From Lingula anatina (taxonomy: Eukaryota; Animalia; Brachiopoda): 64,000 nucleotides of DNA. Numbering within the stretch: position 1 is the first letter of the stretch; every line of letters starts with the position of its first letter. The DNA is taken from assembly GCA_051362555.1 (NCBI GenBank), contig CM120640.1, positions 22,072,001 to 22,136,000 on the forward strand. The letters are read 5' to 3'. The position numbers were made by a program, and so were the translations under genes. Below the pieces are notes generated by a model, which saw only the letters and a program-made list of their open reading frames with translations, was not told the origin of the DNA and did no database searches. Shown one piece after another: positions 24,556 to 37,465 of this stretch.

Positions 24556-27500
24556 ATGCCAAATTCACCACTGGCAACTGAGTTAATTTTCTGGGCCCTT
24601 GTAAACTGCAAATTTCACCATCATTGCAAAAAAATACTTTTCTTTTTGGTATAAGTAAAACTATTTCGTATATCATATGAGGAGACAATTTGTATTCTGC
24701 CAGAAAAGATATGTTTTATTTGAAGAGGCTGGCAGGTCTGATTTTAATGGTGTGGAATAACAAGATTGCTCTCCCAGTACAAGATGTCACGGCCTCTAGT
24801 CAAAGTGCTCTCATACATCGAATAAAGTTACCTTGATCCTACAACAGAGTATTTGAGTGCAAATGTGTATCTATTTCAAAATACTTGAACAGAATTCTAC
24901 TACTTGAATTCACGATTAAATGCAGCAGATTAGTGTGTGTGTGTGTGTGTGTGTGTTGTGTTTAAGCTTAAAAAGTTGCATAAAAATATTTTTCATTTTC
25001 TGTAGCACAAGCTATACATTTTAGCAAGATCTTCATAGACCAATGTGAAATACCACCTGAAATACCAATATCAAGATAAAGAGTATTTTAACAACAATAT
25101 TTGGTGACCATTGTAAAAAAAAAAAATCCAATCCCAAGAATCTCATTGACTTCAACAGACATACACATGTATAAATCATATAGCATTGCTTAAGTTCAAT
25201 TATATGTAATCATACTATAGAAGGCAACTGTGGATTACAAGTTTTTAATCTTTTGCACAGCTACTGCAGAACATTAGCACTCACAGCCATATATTTGAAA
25301 TTAATATGCTGGCCACAAATAAAGACCTTCAAAGTAAATTGTTCAAATAGTGTGTATATTCTGTATATTCTATGGCCTTTCCTGGTGGTAAAACAAAGCT
25401 TTTAATGGCTGTTCTCCACTGTCCTTGCTGAGAGGCCTTGGTAATTAAGTAAAAGAACATGCTCTGCCACCACTTTAACTGATACTGAAATGTGACTCTA
25501 ACCAGCTAGGAGGCAAACAGTTAAAAAAAAAAACTCAACATGAATTAATTTAAGCATTTGATAATTCATATTGTCATCTATACCATTAAGAAAATTTAAG
25601 TAAATGTTTGTCTTTCAACTACCTATAGCTTAAAAGTATACACCATTACACAAACAACATAGGTTATATTCAATCCAATAACGTAGGCTAGAATCTGGAA
25701 ACCTATAATATTATGCAAATCCAAACTGCCAATCAAAATGCAGAGGATGTATAAAAAGATTCTAAAGAGAATGACTGAACATTCTCCATGTTTAAGTCCT
25801 GTACAAGACATTAAGAAGAAAAATAGTTTCAATTTAAATTCTTAATTGCTCTTAGAAAACATTTTCAAAGAGAGAAGCAGTTCCAAAGATTTCAGAATAT
25901 TTACATGGATTTTAGACCTGTCTGAAAGACCTTCATGAAAACTGGTGTGCCTTGTTGGGAAAGCTGGACAAAATTCAAAAGCTTCCACTGGAGAGAGGTA
26001 TAGTGCCACTATTTGTAATTTAAATTCAAACAATGTTTTTCTCCCTTGTTTTTGTTTAGCTGTTCAGTTTGGTTTTAAATTTCTTCATTTGTCATTCCTT
26101 TCCACATGCGATATTCTCTGCTTTCATAACATTGTTATACCTGCATCAAACTGTTCAATCATGAAATGTCCTATTTTTCTTTTTACTTGAAGTGACCATT
26201 CAAAACTTTTCAAAAAGTAAAAAGAAAACATTCAAAGATAAAAACATGGGTTACTTAATCTTATCAACCTGTAGTACTTTTATAAATTTGAAGTCTCAAA
26301 TAGAAATCTTTTTCGACACAAATTAATATCCAGTTAAGATGAAATGATAAAAGGAAAAAATTCAAGACTGCCAAATATAAATATATAAAAAAAATTTTGG
26401 TTACACCAAAGTGGATAAAATTCAGTATAAGTAAAAATTCCTTGATCACCAGTGCAGAGACAGATGAAAGAAGCAGTTCAGTGAGATGGCTGAATGGGTC
26501 ACCATGCTTAGCCACTTTCAAAGAGATTGAGCTGAAGATAAACAGGAAAAACTGATTGCTGGAGCCCATATTTATAAAGCCTGAAAGGCATAGAGAATTT
26601 AATGCTCTATTCAGGCAGAGGAACTTTTATAGACATAGATATCAATGTCAAATGTAAGACGCCAGCTTACTCCATTCAATTCAATTTATTTCAAAAGTTT
26701 CTGCTCTCATCTTATACTTGATTCAACTATTAATGGGGTCAGCCCGGAAGAGGTTAATTCTTAAAGGATAATGTTTTTTTTTTCATTTCCTTATTCATTT
26801 TATTTCATTTTTTATTTTTGTGAATACTAAAGCCATTCAGACTGGCTGATGAAGGACATTATATAAGTCAAGCCGCTACCCCCTAAATATCTCAACAGCA
26901 AGACTGTATATGTGAGCACTTGTACTCTTTTTTAATGAACCAGCATTACAAAAGAGCACAGATCAATGTTCAAATCAATACAATTTTTCTAACACAAAGT
27001 TTTTAAAGTTGTTGCTTGCAAACCAATGCTTTAACCAATTAGTATTATACCAAATGCCACAATTTGACAAAGAAAAAGTTAATAATGACGAGGGCTGTTC
27101 TAAATTATTTTCTCAAAAAAAAAAAAAACAAAAAAAAAACTTGAATTCAGTACCAAAACTGGCTTACATAATTCAAAATAACTAGAGGTGTTATGGCCCC
27201 AGGCTGATGATTCTACTGCCAAGCCAGGGGCTCTTGAGATCTACAGGCTCAGATGGCTACTGAAAAAGTGTTTCTAATGTTATGCTGACACTAAAAAGCA
27301 AGGGATCTTTTAGTTTGTTTCTCTGATTAGATAGACCTTCACAAGAAAAGCCAAGATTTGGCACAAACAAAATTACAGATACTTTCAATGTAAATTGCAA
27401 TGTGAGAGGAAAAAACTATTTCCCATGTCCTTTGATATTTTGGCTAAACACCAGACATTGGTATTGCCATCTTTACATAATAAACCATCAAGGACGACAA

Positions 27501-30500
27501 TTTCAGATGTGCTGGCAAAAGTCAAACATTAAATGTCAAACAGGTTATATGGAATTCACATTCAATTTGTCAAGCTGTAAAAAAAAACTTTGCAAAAACT
27601 TCAACAAACCATTTCCTTGCACTTTTTTGGCCTTTTTCCAGCTGCTTAAGTGCCTGATTGAACCAGTAGCAGGATGTTCTCACTAGTGAGGAAACTAGCA
27701 CAGATCACACTCCTGGTGCAACTACTGCAATGTGCACTGTTCACAATTGCCTTGGGACAACAAGGCATTCCCTACCCTAACACTATCCCACGAGGAGGCA
27801 ATGAGGGGACATGTAACTGCCTCCAGGGTCCTTCTGGCCCACAGGGACAACCAGGCATACATGGACCACCCGGGATTCCAGGGAATCCAGGCATTCCAGG
27901 AAACCATGGAATGACAGGACAAAAAGGAGAAGCTGGGGACTGTGAGAAAATAGCTGGTCTCCCAGGAGAGAAGGGTGATAGAGGAGACCCAGGACCAAGG
28001 GGGTTTGAAGGACCCAGGGGACCAGAGGGGTTCCTTGGTAAGAAAGGCAACATGGGAGAGAAAGGAGAGCGTGGAGGATGGGGTAGACAAGGACAAAAAG
28101 GAGAGCAGGGACCAATAGGTAGATATTCCTAAAAAAGAGGGCATTTTGTAATGAATGAATAAGATTTTAGAAAATGTATTGGTCATCACTTTCTGCAGTC
28201 TTCTACAGTGAGAGTCTTAGTATATGACATATAATATGAAATATGCAAGACCAAAATACTGTTCTTAAAACATGTAACTCATCTTACAGAGAACTTCCTG
28301 TCTGACAATGAAGATCATTATTTGATATCATGTATCCTACAATAACTTTGTTTGTTTCATTGTGATTCATTCTAGGACTTCCAGGAATAAAGGGAGAGCC
28401 TGGAAACTCCAGGCCAATACAAAATGCACTACAGGTAGCCTTCTGTGCCAAGCTGGTCAACTCCATCCCTGGCCCAGGGAGTGGTCAGCCCTCTAACCCC
28501 GTCATTGTCCCCTTTGACCAAGTCTTGACCAACCTTGGGAAGGGTTATAACTCTCGCACAGGGATCTTCAGTGCACCAGTTAGTGGGACATATTTCTTTA
28601 CCTTCTCTGGGTTAACCTACACAGGACAGACAATGTTTTTGTCTTTAATGAAGAACAAGGAGACAATGCTGACTGCATTTGGCACTGGATCCTGTGGGAC
28701 ATGCCAGCATGGAATGGGGACAAACTCTGGGATACTGCACTTGGTGAAGGGGGAAAAAGTCTGGATTGAACTGAATGGAGGACTGAGGAATGACATCAAT
28801 GAGCATTACACATCATTCTCTGGATATCTGCTGTACCAAGATTTAGAGGGCACTGGCTACGACTACTTAGTCATTAATAATTAAGTGTGGCCGAAATAAG
28901 AAAATAAGCATAGAAGAACACTTCATTACAACTATTACATAATATGTACTACGTTACTGTTGAAATATTTCAACAACAGTATCAATTTTATATAAAATAT
29001 TCAATTTGACAATATGGTGTTTTATAGTTGCTTCATAATTTGCTCAATCTGTTATTACATCCACTGTATTCATGCCTTTAAAACAAATAAATCTGAAACT
29101 GTTGTTTTTATATAGCACACACTGGCTGTTCTTATATATGAATGCAAGCTCTTCAGACAAATAAGCCATAGCAAGAGCACTGTACTCTTTATTTCATATA
29201 ACATTAATACATTTGTCTCATTTCCTTTTTCCCAAACATACCAGCAATTTAAACCCCATAGGATAAAAAAAAAAAATTTATTATCTTAATCCAAAAAAAC
29301 TGTTACCTTATCTACGGATAAGATCTTCCCTACTCTCATGTCCAGTCTGGAAGGAACTACCTCATCATCCCCTGAGGGTCCATTAGCTGCTGCTGCCCCC
29401 TTTTTGCCAGGTGCTGGGATGAACAATAAATCCATGTTAAATTTTTTTATCTAACAGAGACAGAAATCTGGGAAAAGAAGGGAGTATGATGGGAAAAAGA
29501 AGATAAAATATTTTGTCAAACACTGTTCCAAATAGTATGTTTTATAAAGACTGGTTTCAATCAAAGTGGGATAATAAGTGTCCAAATTGTTGTGAAATAT
29601 TACTAGAAAAATGAATGCACTATGTTAAAATCTTACTGTTTTTCCCTGTTGGGTAAGCTTTGCTGACAAGTGCTTTCATTTCTGGACTTTCAAATTCCTT
29701 CCTGATTGGATCCATTAATTTGTTTAAGTACTTTTCTACAGCAAGTTTGAGATCACCAGGATGAAGTTCCTAAAAGAAAATTTTTATCTAATTTCTAAAA
29801 AACAATTGATTTGTGAACAGTTACCACTTCTGCAACTACAACCATCATGCATTACTCATAATATGCATGCATTCCCTCTCTGATATTATATGGCAGTGAT
29901 AGGCATTGGCAAGTTTGGGATGACTTATGATGTGAAGTTTCAATTATTGAAAACTTATTAAGGCTACAGTTGACAATGGAATGCAGACAGGACTAGGAAA
30001 ATTGAAACAATGATCTGGAAATGCATTCATTAGTGTTTTGAATGAATAAATTAAGGTGAAGTTGACATGATAATTTAATATAATGTAAATGTGACAAAAC
30101 ATGATCAAAACATTTTCAAAGATTATTTTGCACTAATCATAGTCCCCCTACACCTTTAAACATTTACTTTCATACTCTATCTGACACTGTATCTATATAA
30201 GTTAAGCTGACATCTTACCTCACTGGCAAATGCAGCTTCAATATCTTCATAATTTGTGAAGGTAACATTTCCACCAAACTCTGGCTTTCTTTCTATTGTG
30301 AATTCTAAATGAATAAAACAGTCATTAAAGTATAGCTATTTCTACTGTGAGTGTACCAGCTACTGAAGCTGAAGCCAATTTATCCATTTTCAAAGCTTAA
30401 TTCTTTTACAACTTATTACAAATAGAACAACAAATTCAACTCTCTATGATGCCCTTTCTTACAGCAAAAAAAAAGAAAAAAAAAGCCTACCATTTGAGTG

Positions 30501-32110
30501 TGACAGTGGTAAAAGCACATGCTTGACAAAGGCCAACACTCCATTGTCTGTGACATTTCCTGGTTCACAAAAAGCCTTCTTCAGTTTCTTCTTCACCTGA
30601 GCTGCACTGTCCAGCAGGTCAATCTTAGAATCCTCCTCAGAGGAACTCATTTTACCTCCTGTTAATCCTGGCACTATATTTAGAGAAAACAATGTTAAAA
30701 TGGATATTTGACTAAAACACCCTATCACAGGCAACCCATTTGATCATTTTGTAACTTACAGATTTACCTTTTTTTTTTTTTTTGGGGGGGGGGGGGGGGG
30801 GAACAACAAGTATTGAAGTAAGGTACCACGGAATTCCAGTACTTAACTAAACAGAGACAATTGAAAAATAGTGAAAACCATACCAGCTTGCAATGGTTCT
30901 TATATTTGGCAGAATCACTTATCATTATTCATCAAATTATTAGTATCAAATATAGAAATAAATGGAATACTTACCCATGGGGTTCATTAAATGTGTTCTT
31001 TTTTTATATCCCAGTTGAGGGAGGTACTGAAAGTAAAATGGAGAATAAGCACCAATAAAAACAGTGAAATATAGTTTTTAGGCAGACTGACCCAAGGCTA
31101 ACATCATGTCAAATGTTCACTCAAATCTCTTGAAAATATGAAGTGAAATATGGCAACATTATCCCTCAGAAAAACAATGAAACAAAGCAAAACGAAAAAT
31201 AGAACAGCAGTGTTAAATAACACCTGTAGACATTTGTAAAATTATACCTTTTCAGTAAATGTAAAAATCTTTCTTTGGTCTACGCCTCCAAACTGTGCAT
31301 CTACTCCCAAATACTCTTCATCCAAGCCCTGTAATAAAGAAAAAGGGAATTTTTTAAAAGGAACACAGATATCAAAACATACATCTGACAGCCAAAAAAC
31401 ACTTGAAGCAGGTAAATAAAATTGCCATAATGATATAAAATTGTCCCCGTCTACATTTACCTATTTTCTGCTTATAAATATAGTTTGCACATTTGCCCAC
31501 AGGCATCTTATACCTTGAAATTGCCCTTACTCCACCCTGGTCAAATCCTGTAACTAAACAAATTTTACTATTAAACCTACATTCAATTTTATTGGAATTT
31601 GGCATGAGGAAAGTGCTAAAAGTTTTTCTTTTTTTTTTTTTTTGCTGTAAGTTCCTTATTTATATTTCATTGTTTAAATCACTATTTCACGAACATTATG
31701 TAAATTGGCCATTACTCATGTCAGTAATTTTTTCAAAAGATCATTGGGTCACTTAAAATAAAAGTTTCAACACCTATTAACAAATGGCAATTTCAGTTTT
31801 GTGTGCAAGATTTACCTCAGTTTAATGGCAAATGATCTTGTACGCAAAATAAAAATAACTGCACTATCATTGCATGTTAAACAAAAATAACTGCATTATC
31901 ATTGCAAGGCAATATCAATTACTGACATCTTTAATTTATTTATTTGCATGATATATCTAGTATAAAAGATAGCAAAACAAATCATAAATTTCATCAAACT
32001 AAACTGGAGTCAACAGGGCTCTAGATCTGTTCCTTCTCTGGCATCATCTTAATTCAGAAAAAAAAATAGGCCAAACACCTTCGAACCGCCCCCCCCCCCC
32101 CCCCCCCACC

Positions 32111-32141
<31 letters not shown>

Positions 32142-34155
32142 ACATCAAATCCACAATAATCTCCAGAATGAAAATCCTCAACCAAAAAAAAAAAAAAAAA
32201 AAAAAATCTCTTCTGAACTAAAAAATGTAGCATTTTGGCGCTTTTATCGTTTAGAATAGAGCTTTTTAGGTAGGTTAATTTTCAACTGTGTTGCTAACAC
32301 TCAGTAAGAATGTTCTCATTTGAAGAATTTCTTACTTAAAAATACAGGATCAGCAAAATTCACAATTTTCCCCGGTAGAAATGATTGAGCCATTACCGTA
32401 AATATGTTCCAAATTAATGATATGGAATTTCCAATTTGTATGTATGTATTATTATTATTCATTTGTATCAATAATGCTATTAATGTACGTGCAACAATAA
32501 GTAAAATCAAGTTAACTCAGGCACTATTTTGTTTTACTCGGATATTTTTGTTTAGGCCGATTAAAATAAATGTTAGATGGGGTCTAAAGACCATATTTTC
32601 ATTGAGATAGAGCTTAGAGCAAGGACCTGTGCATGCTATAGTCCACAAGCACATATCATGACAAATGTGAACATTTTTTGTAGGCCATGATATTGAGTGT
32701 ACTAACTATGAGAACATGACTGTCTTCTTTTGAAGTTGATGTTTTAAAAACTTTTTCAAGTCCTGGACAATACATTCCCCAAAACAACTGCTTACTCCAA
32801 TATACATTCTGATTTAGTAAGAAAGCTAAAGCATTAAATCAAATAAAAAAAACATTAATTGTCAAAGAGGGAATAAATACTTCACTTTTTTTGCAAGTCA
32901 AACATTATTTTGCAAGCCAGCATGAAGCCAGTGTCCAGGTGTTAAGTGACCTACCTGTAGTCCTGGGTAGAGTAGGCCACTGAGGAGAGGGTGCTCAACC
33001 TGCTTCACCACCTCAGCTCCAGCTTTCTTGGCATCATGCTCTGTGACCAGAGAGGTCAATTTGTAAACGTCAAGTGTGTATTCCCTATTGAAGGCAAATT
33101 ATAACACAATCACTGTTATGATCACACGACCAGATCTCACCTTAACACCAATATTGGGACTACTGTATACAGTGTTAAAGCCACGTATGAATGGCACAAA
33201 TCACCATCAGCAAAAGTCTTTTTATAAATATTAAGTACAGATAATGAATCAATTCTTTATATCCAAAAGATCCAAAACCTTGTCACATTCCCGATTGGAT
33301 TCAGAATAACTTACTTGCTTAACTGATACTCTGTCCCCTTGACAAACTTGAGGTTGTCCAATGGCACTCCTATGGACTTTAGCATTGCTTTGATGGCAGC
33401 CTCATAATATTTAGTCCTAAGTTGTAGTAAATCCCAGGGGGCCTTCATGTTGTCCAAGTATGCATGGAGGTCAGCAAATAGTATTGTTACCTTGAGAAAT
33501 ATAAAGGAATAGACATTTGTCATTTTTTGAAGATACTGCCTGAATCAATATTCTAATGGAAATAGATATCAAATAGTATCTACTGATGAAAAACCTGTTC
33601 ACACAAAGTTACCTTCATTGCTGACAAAAAAAGTTGAAATTAAAACATAAATTCATTTAACATCCCCCTCCAAATGTATTATGAAGTGACCAGTGGCTTA
33701 ATACCCACCTCACATCCAGCCTTGAGGAAATCAGCAATCTTAGACATAGGTACAAAGTAGGCAATATGGGGCTTTCCTGTTGTAGCTGTGCCCCAGTAAA
33801 CTTTTAAGTTTCTTTCCTTCAGTACATCCCGCATTCGATCTTCTCCAAGGATTTCCTGTATTTCAAACATTAGACTTGGTTAAAATACCATCTTTATACT
33901 AGGAAATTTTTTTTTTTTCAGAAAACCAAAAGGGAAAAAAAAACAGAAAGACCGATTTTGATTTTTTTACAATTGTATTCAACATTTGGTTAATTTAAAG
34001 TACTTAGATACATGATTAATTTCAAAAGGAAGAGTTTCAAATCATTTTCACTTTGGATATGACACCTTAATAATATTCATGCATTATTTATTTACTTGTA
34101 AATTCCTTGAAATGAGTTCCACTTTGTCCTCCAAGGACAATGTCCCATTTTCCAT
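20024..34155 (-). CDS. YARS1: Tyrosine--tRNA ligase, cytoplasmic, with C-terminal EMAP II-like domain, ~13 coding exons
   Basis: The ATG at 34155 sits in CCACCATGG. Exons read [58 protein letters not shown] and [22 protein letters not shown]. The EMAP II part reads [18 protein letters not shown]...[20 protein letters not shown]. The CDS ends KSLKGVPIK* at 20024. Confidence 0.97.
24933..24956. repeat. (GT)n microsatellite
   Basis: A run of GT dinucleotides is directly visible. Confidence 0.85.
26860..26911 (+). promoter_or_regulatory. Putative TATA box and short non-coding first exon of the nested C1q gene
   Basis: TATATAAG is at ~26860. A GTGAG donor is at 26912, and a polypyrimidine-CAG acceptor is at ~27640, just upstream of the ATG at 27674. 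Confidence 0.4.
27674..28884 (+). CDS. Secreted collagen-stalk C1q-domain protein (C1q/TNF-related, CTRP/otolin-like), exons 27674-28118 and 28376-28884, ~317 aa, nested in a YARS1 intron
   Basis: It has a hydrophobic signal peptide, a CNC motif and Gly-X-Y repeats. The gC1q domain reads VAFCAKL...[33 protein letters not shown]...[14 protein letters not shown]...[11 protein letters not shown] phase-1 intron joins the two exons in frame. Confidence 0.93.
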
Positions 34156-36907
34156 GGTGGAATGATTTGTATAGCTACAAAGAAAAATCAAAACTATTCA
34201 CAAAATTCATATTCAATATATAGCAAATTTTAGAAGTACAGATACATTACATTCATAATGGCACTTCCCCGTGAAGGGAGAAGATTTAAGTATACTTTTA
34301 TTATGATAAATGCTCATATGCTTGACTGTCTAGACTTAATGACAAACCACACCTCAAAGAGATTGCCTTAATGAGGAGTGGACTTGAAATGCCCACTAAA
34401 GAATAACATAAAGGTCAAATAAACCTCTTCTCAGTTTATAAGGAAGTTCCATCTTGGCTGGCATTAATTAAATATATTGATCCCAAATCTATGAAGTTCC
34501 CATAGCCCAATTGTTTTTCACTGATTTAAGTTGGGGCAGCACAAGGTGTGTGTCATGCTGTGCTCAAGACTTGTTCCAAGAGTTTTTGTTTGTGGGTACT
34601 AGTACTGACGAAGAGTTGCTCTTCTGTATAGGCATCAGGTAATTATTGCAAAACCCCCTATTAAGGGAAGGAAGTGAGTTTGATGACAAAGCTGATTCTT
34701 AACAGAACTGAAACTTTATAAATACAATTAAGTTATGGAATATGGATATTTGTGGATGTTCATCACATCATTTATAAAACTACTTTATCCTTCTCAGAGA
34801 TTGTTGCTCAACCCATCCCTATGATTCAATGGTTTAGTCTATTTTTAATCTGGTGATTTAGTTTAAAATGACTGCCCTTTCATTTAAAATGCAATTTCCT
34901 CCTAAAAAATTACCCTTCAAGCTACCCTTATGCCTGACTTATCTCTTGACTGGAACTTTTCACGCCCACAGTGATACATTAATTCTATATTAACACGCCC
35001 AACTGTATTTCAGAATAATATACACAACAGATACACTCTTTTCTAAGGAGATTCTTTAGCCTGATAGTGAACACCTTAAATCATAGGCATCAACAGTTGT
35101 TTAACATGTAACGGTATACTAATATGTCCACGGATGAAGATTTTCCATGGACATGAAATTTCAGGGACATTTTAATTTTAAAAATATCCCATTTGTATTC
35201 TATGTTGTAGTACCTAGTATATTCCACATTTAAAGTCTAGGTCGAAGGCATGGGCCAATAACTTCCAATTTCACAGTATCACAATGTCCAAATTAAGTTG
35301 TTCTTTGGTGCATTACATTTTATTCTTCATTCACATGCAGTCATGGACATAACACAGTGATAACGACTTGGTAAGTCCTATACTACAATGATTATCCCTG
35401 CTACATCTTAAGCTCATGATTATGTGCCACATGCAAAGGGTCAGTTAGTACATGTTTACTACAAAGAATATTTTTATATGAGCCTTCAAATGATATATTT
35501 AAAATAAAAAGTGCATGTACTACAACATAAAAAATGGGCTAAGGGGATCATTGTATGAAGTTTGACTAGTGCTTTCCAATTTGCTTCCTGGATAGTGCCA
35601 TTAACCTCAAAAATGAAGTTATTATATTAGATATGAGATGCTTATCTATCATTCTCGACTGAATACGATTATGTGGATGATTTTTAACATGCTTATGAAT
35701 ATTCTAAATGCCATATATCAGAATGCTTCAGACAATTGAATAAGTCAGGTATTTAGAAGTTAGTCACCTTGCTGAAGGTGGACTAAAAATGTACCCAGGA
35801 TTCTGAACATAAAACATTCCCAACTTTTTGCGAAATAAGATATATTAAAAGACTTTATTTCTAATTTACAAGAGAGAAACTAAAAGGTCAGAATTTCGAA
35901 AATGATACACAATTGTTGCAGTGTGTAGTATCTCACATATATATTATGGCAATGACCATGATACTAATAATATCAAAAGGTAATATAAAGTCCACCAGGC
36001 TTTAATTCAACAATCAATGGTAATTTATATTTGTTACAGCTGTTAAAGAGCATGAATACAGACAAACTGATATACTGTAGGTTGCTGTGTAAGGGATTTT
36101 GAATTTTTACCAACAGAGCTATGCACAGACTTCTGTCTGACTACCTTTGAAAAGCTGCTATATCTCTGGTAATTGTGGTCCACCTTAACCCTAATACTGT
36201 ACATGCAATGATTTGACAACTGTTCATTCTTTGTTTCTTTAATCATCTTTATTGGTTGATAACTCTAAAAAAAACTAAAATTTTTAAACGTCAAACTGAC
36301 TTCAAGTATCAATTCCTTCAAATATCTGAAAAAAAGTACAGCATCTCACTCTAGAGTCTTATCATAATTTTACCACTAATTTAATTCCATTTTTGATTTT
36401 CATAGGCCTTACTTCAGTTTCATATTCTGACCTTCCAAACAAACTACTCAAATGTATATATGTCAACAGATTTTTTGTATATAAATGGTTGTTTGGGGTG
36501 ATATAATAAGCTCTGTTTTACGCGGATATTAGAATCATCAACCAATCAAGGTGACAGCCTAGAGCTCTCGTGTGTCAACAGTCAATAAATCAACTGTATG
36601 GGATCACAAATTACCGGGTAGTTTCCATTCGTGTTCAATTCTACATCTTAGTGAAAATGAAAATCGCAATTTTTGTAAGCATTCCCAGTTAACGTAATTA
36701 GTCTACAGATGTAGATCAGATCAGTTACAATCATCTATAAGGCCAAACGTGACATGTCATAAACAAAGAATGTAGCGGCATGACGGACAAGTTCACAACA
36801 CTCCCGATTTGTTAAACGATAACTAAGTGGATCGTAAAGACATAATAGCAATACGACACAAGTATTCCTCTATATTAGACATGTGATACACATTCCTAAA
36901 CACTCAC

Positions 36908-37180
36908 CTGATATGGGTCTAGTTTTTCGTAACTTGTTCCCGTTTTTGAAAGAAAATCTGCTTAGGGACAGCCTTGCAATGTGATTACAGCAGACTACTT
37001 CATATCGAGACCGGAAATTGGAACGAGCCCCCAAACTGCTACCAACGGGTACTTGTTGTCGCACTAATGCTTGTGTTTCCTGCAGCTACAGATTCATTCA
37101 ACAGCTACAACGCCCTGGTATATTACCGGTTTTATATGCTTGTTCTTTTGGTATTAAGCTACAAACCTCAAATAAGCAGT
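36908..37180. promoter_or_regulatory. Divergent non-coding first exons and shared promoter of YARS1 (-) and AGPAT (+)
   Basis: A minus-strand donor CAG|GTGAGT at 36907 matches the acceptor at 34175 just before the YARS1 ATG. A plus-strand donor |GTGAGT is at 37181. The interval is CpG-rich. Confidence 0.6.
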
Positions 37181-37465
37181 GTGAGTCTATTCTTTGATTT
37201 CTTCACATTCTGCTAAACGCAAACTTGCAATGGATGAAAAATTATCCGATGACTGCAGTGGTCACAGATTGGTCATTCTTTGGTCAACTTTAAGCCTAAT
37301 AATCTGTATAAATTTTAATTTTTATGGATTAAAAGACGATTTTTTCACATTAAGGCGTAGTACCAAAACATTATGATGTTAAGTTTACATTCATCTGTTA
37401 GAAAATCATTTCTATAAATGATGATTGATTTTTAAGGACTTCCAAGTTCAAGGCATAAAATCAAG

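Noticed and set aside
27722-28189. Minus-strand Gly/Pro-rich ORFs (93-155 aa)
   Set aside because: These are antisense shadows of the Gly-X-Y coding exon of the C1q gene.
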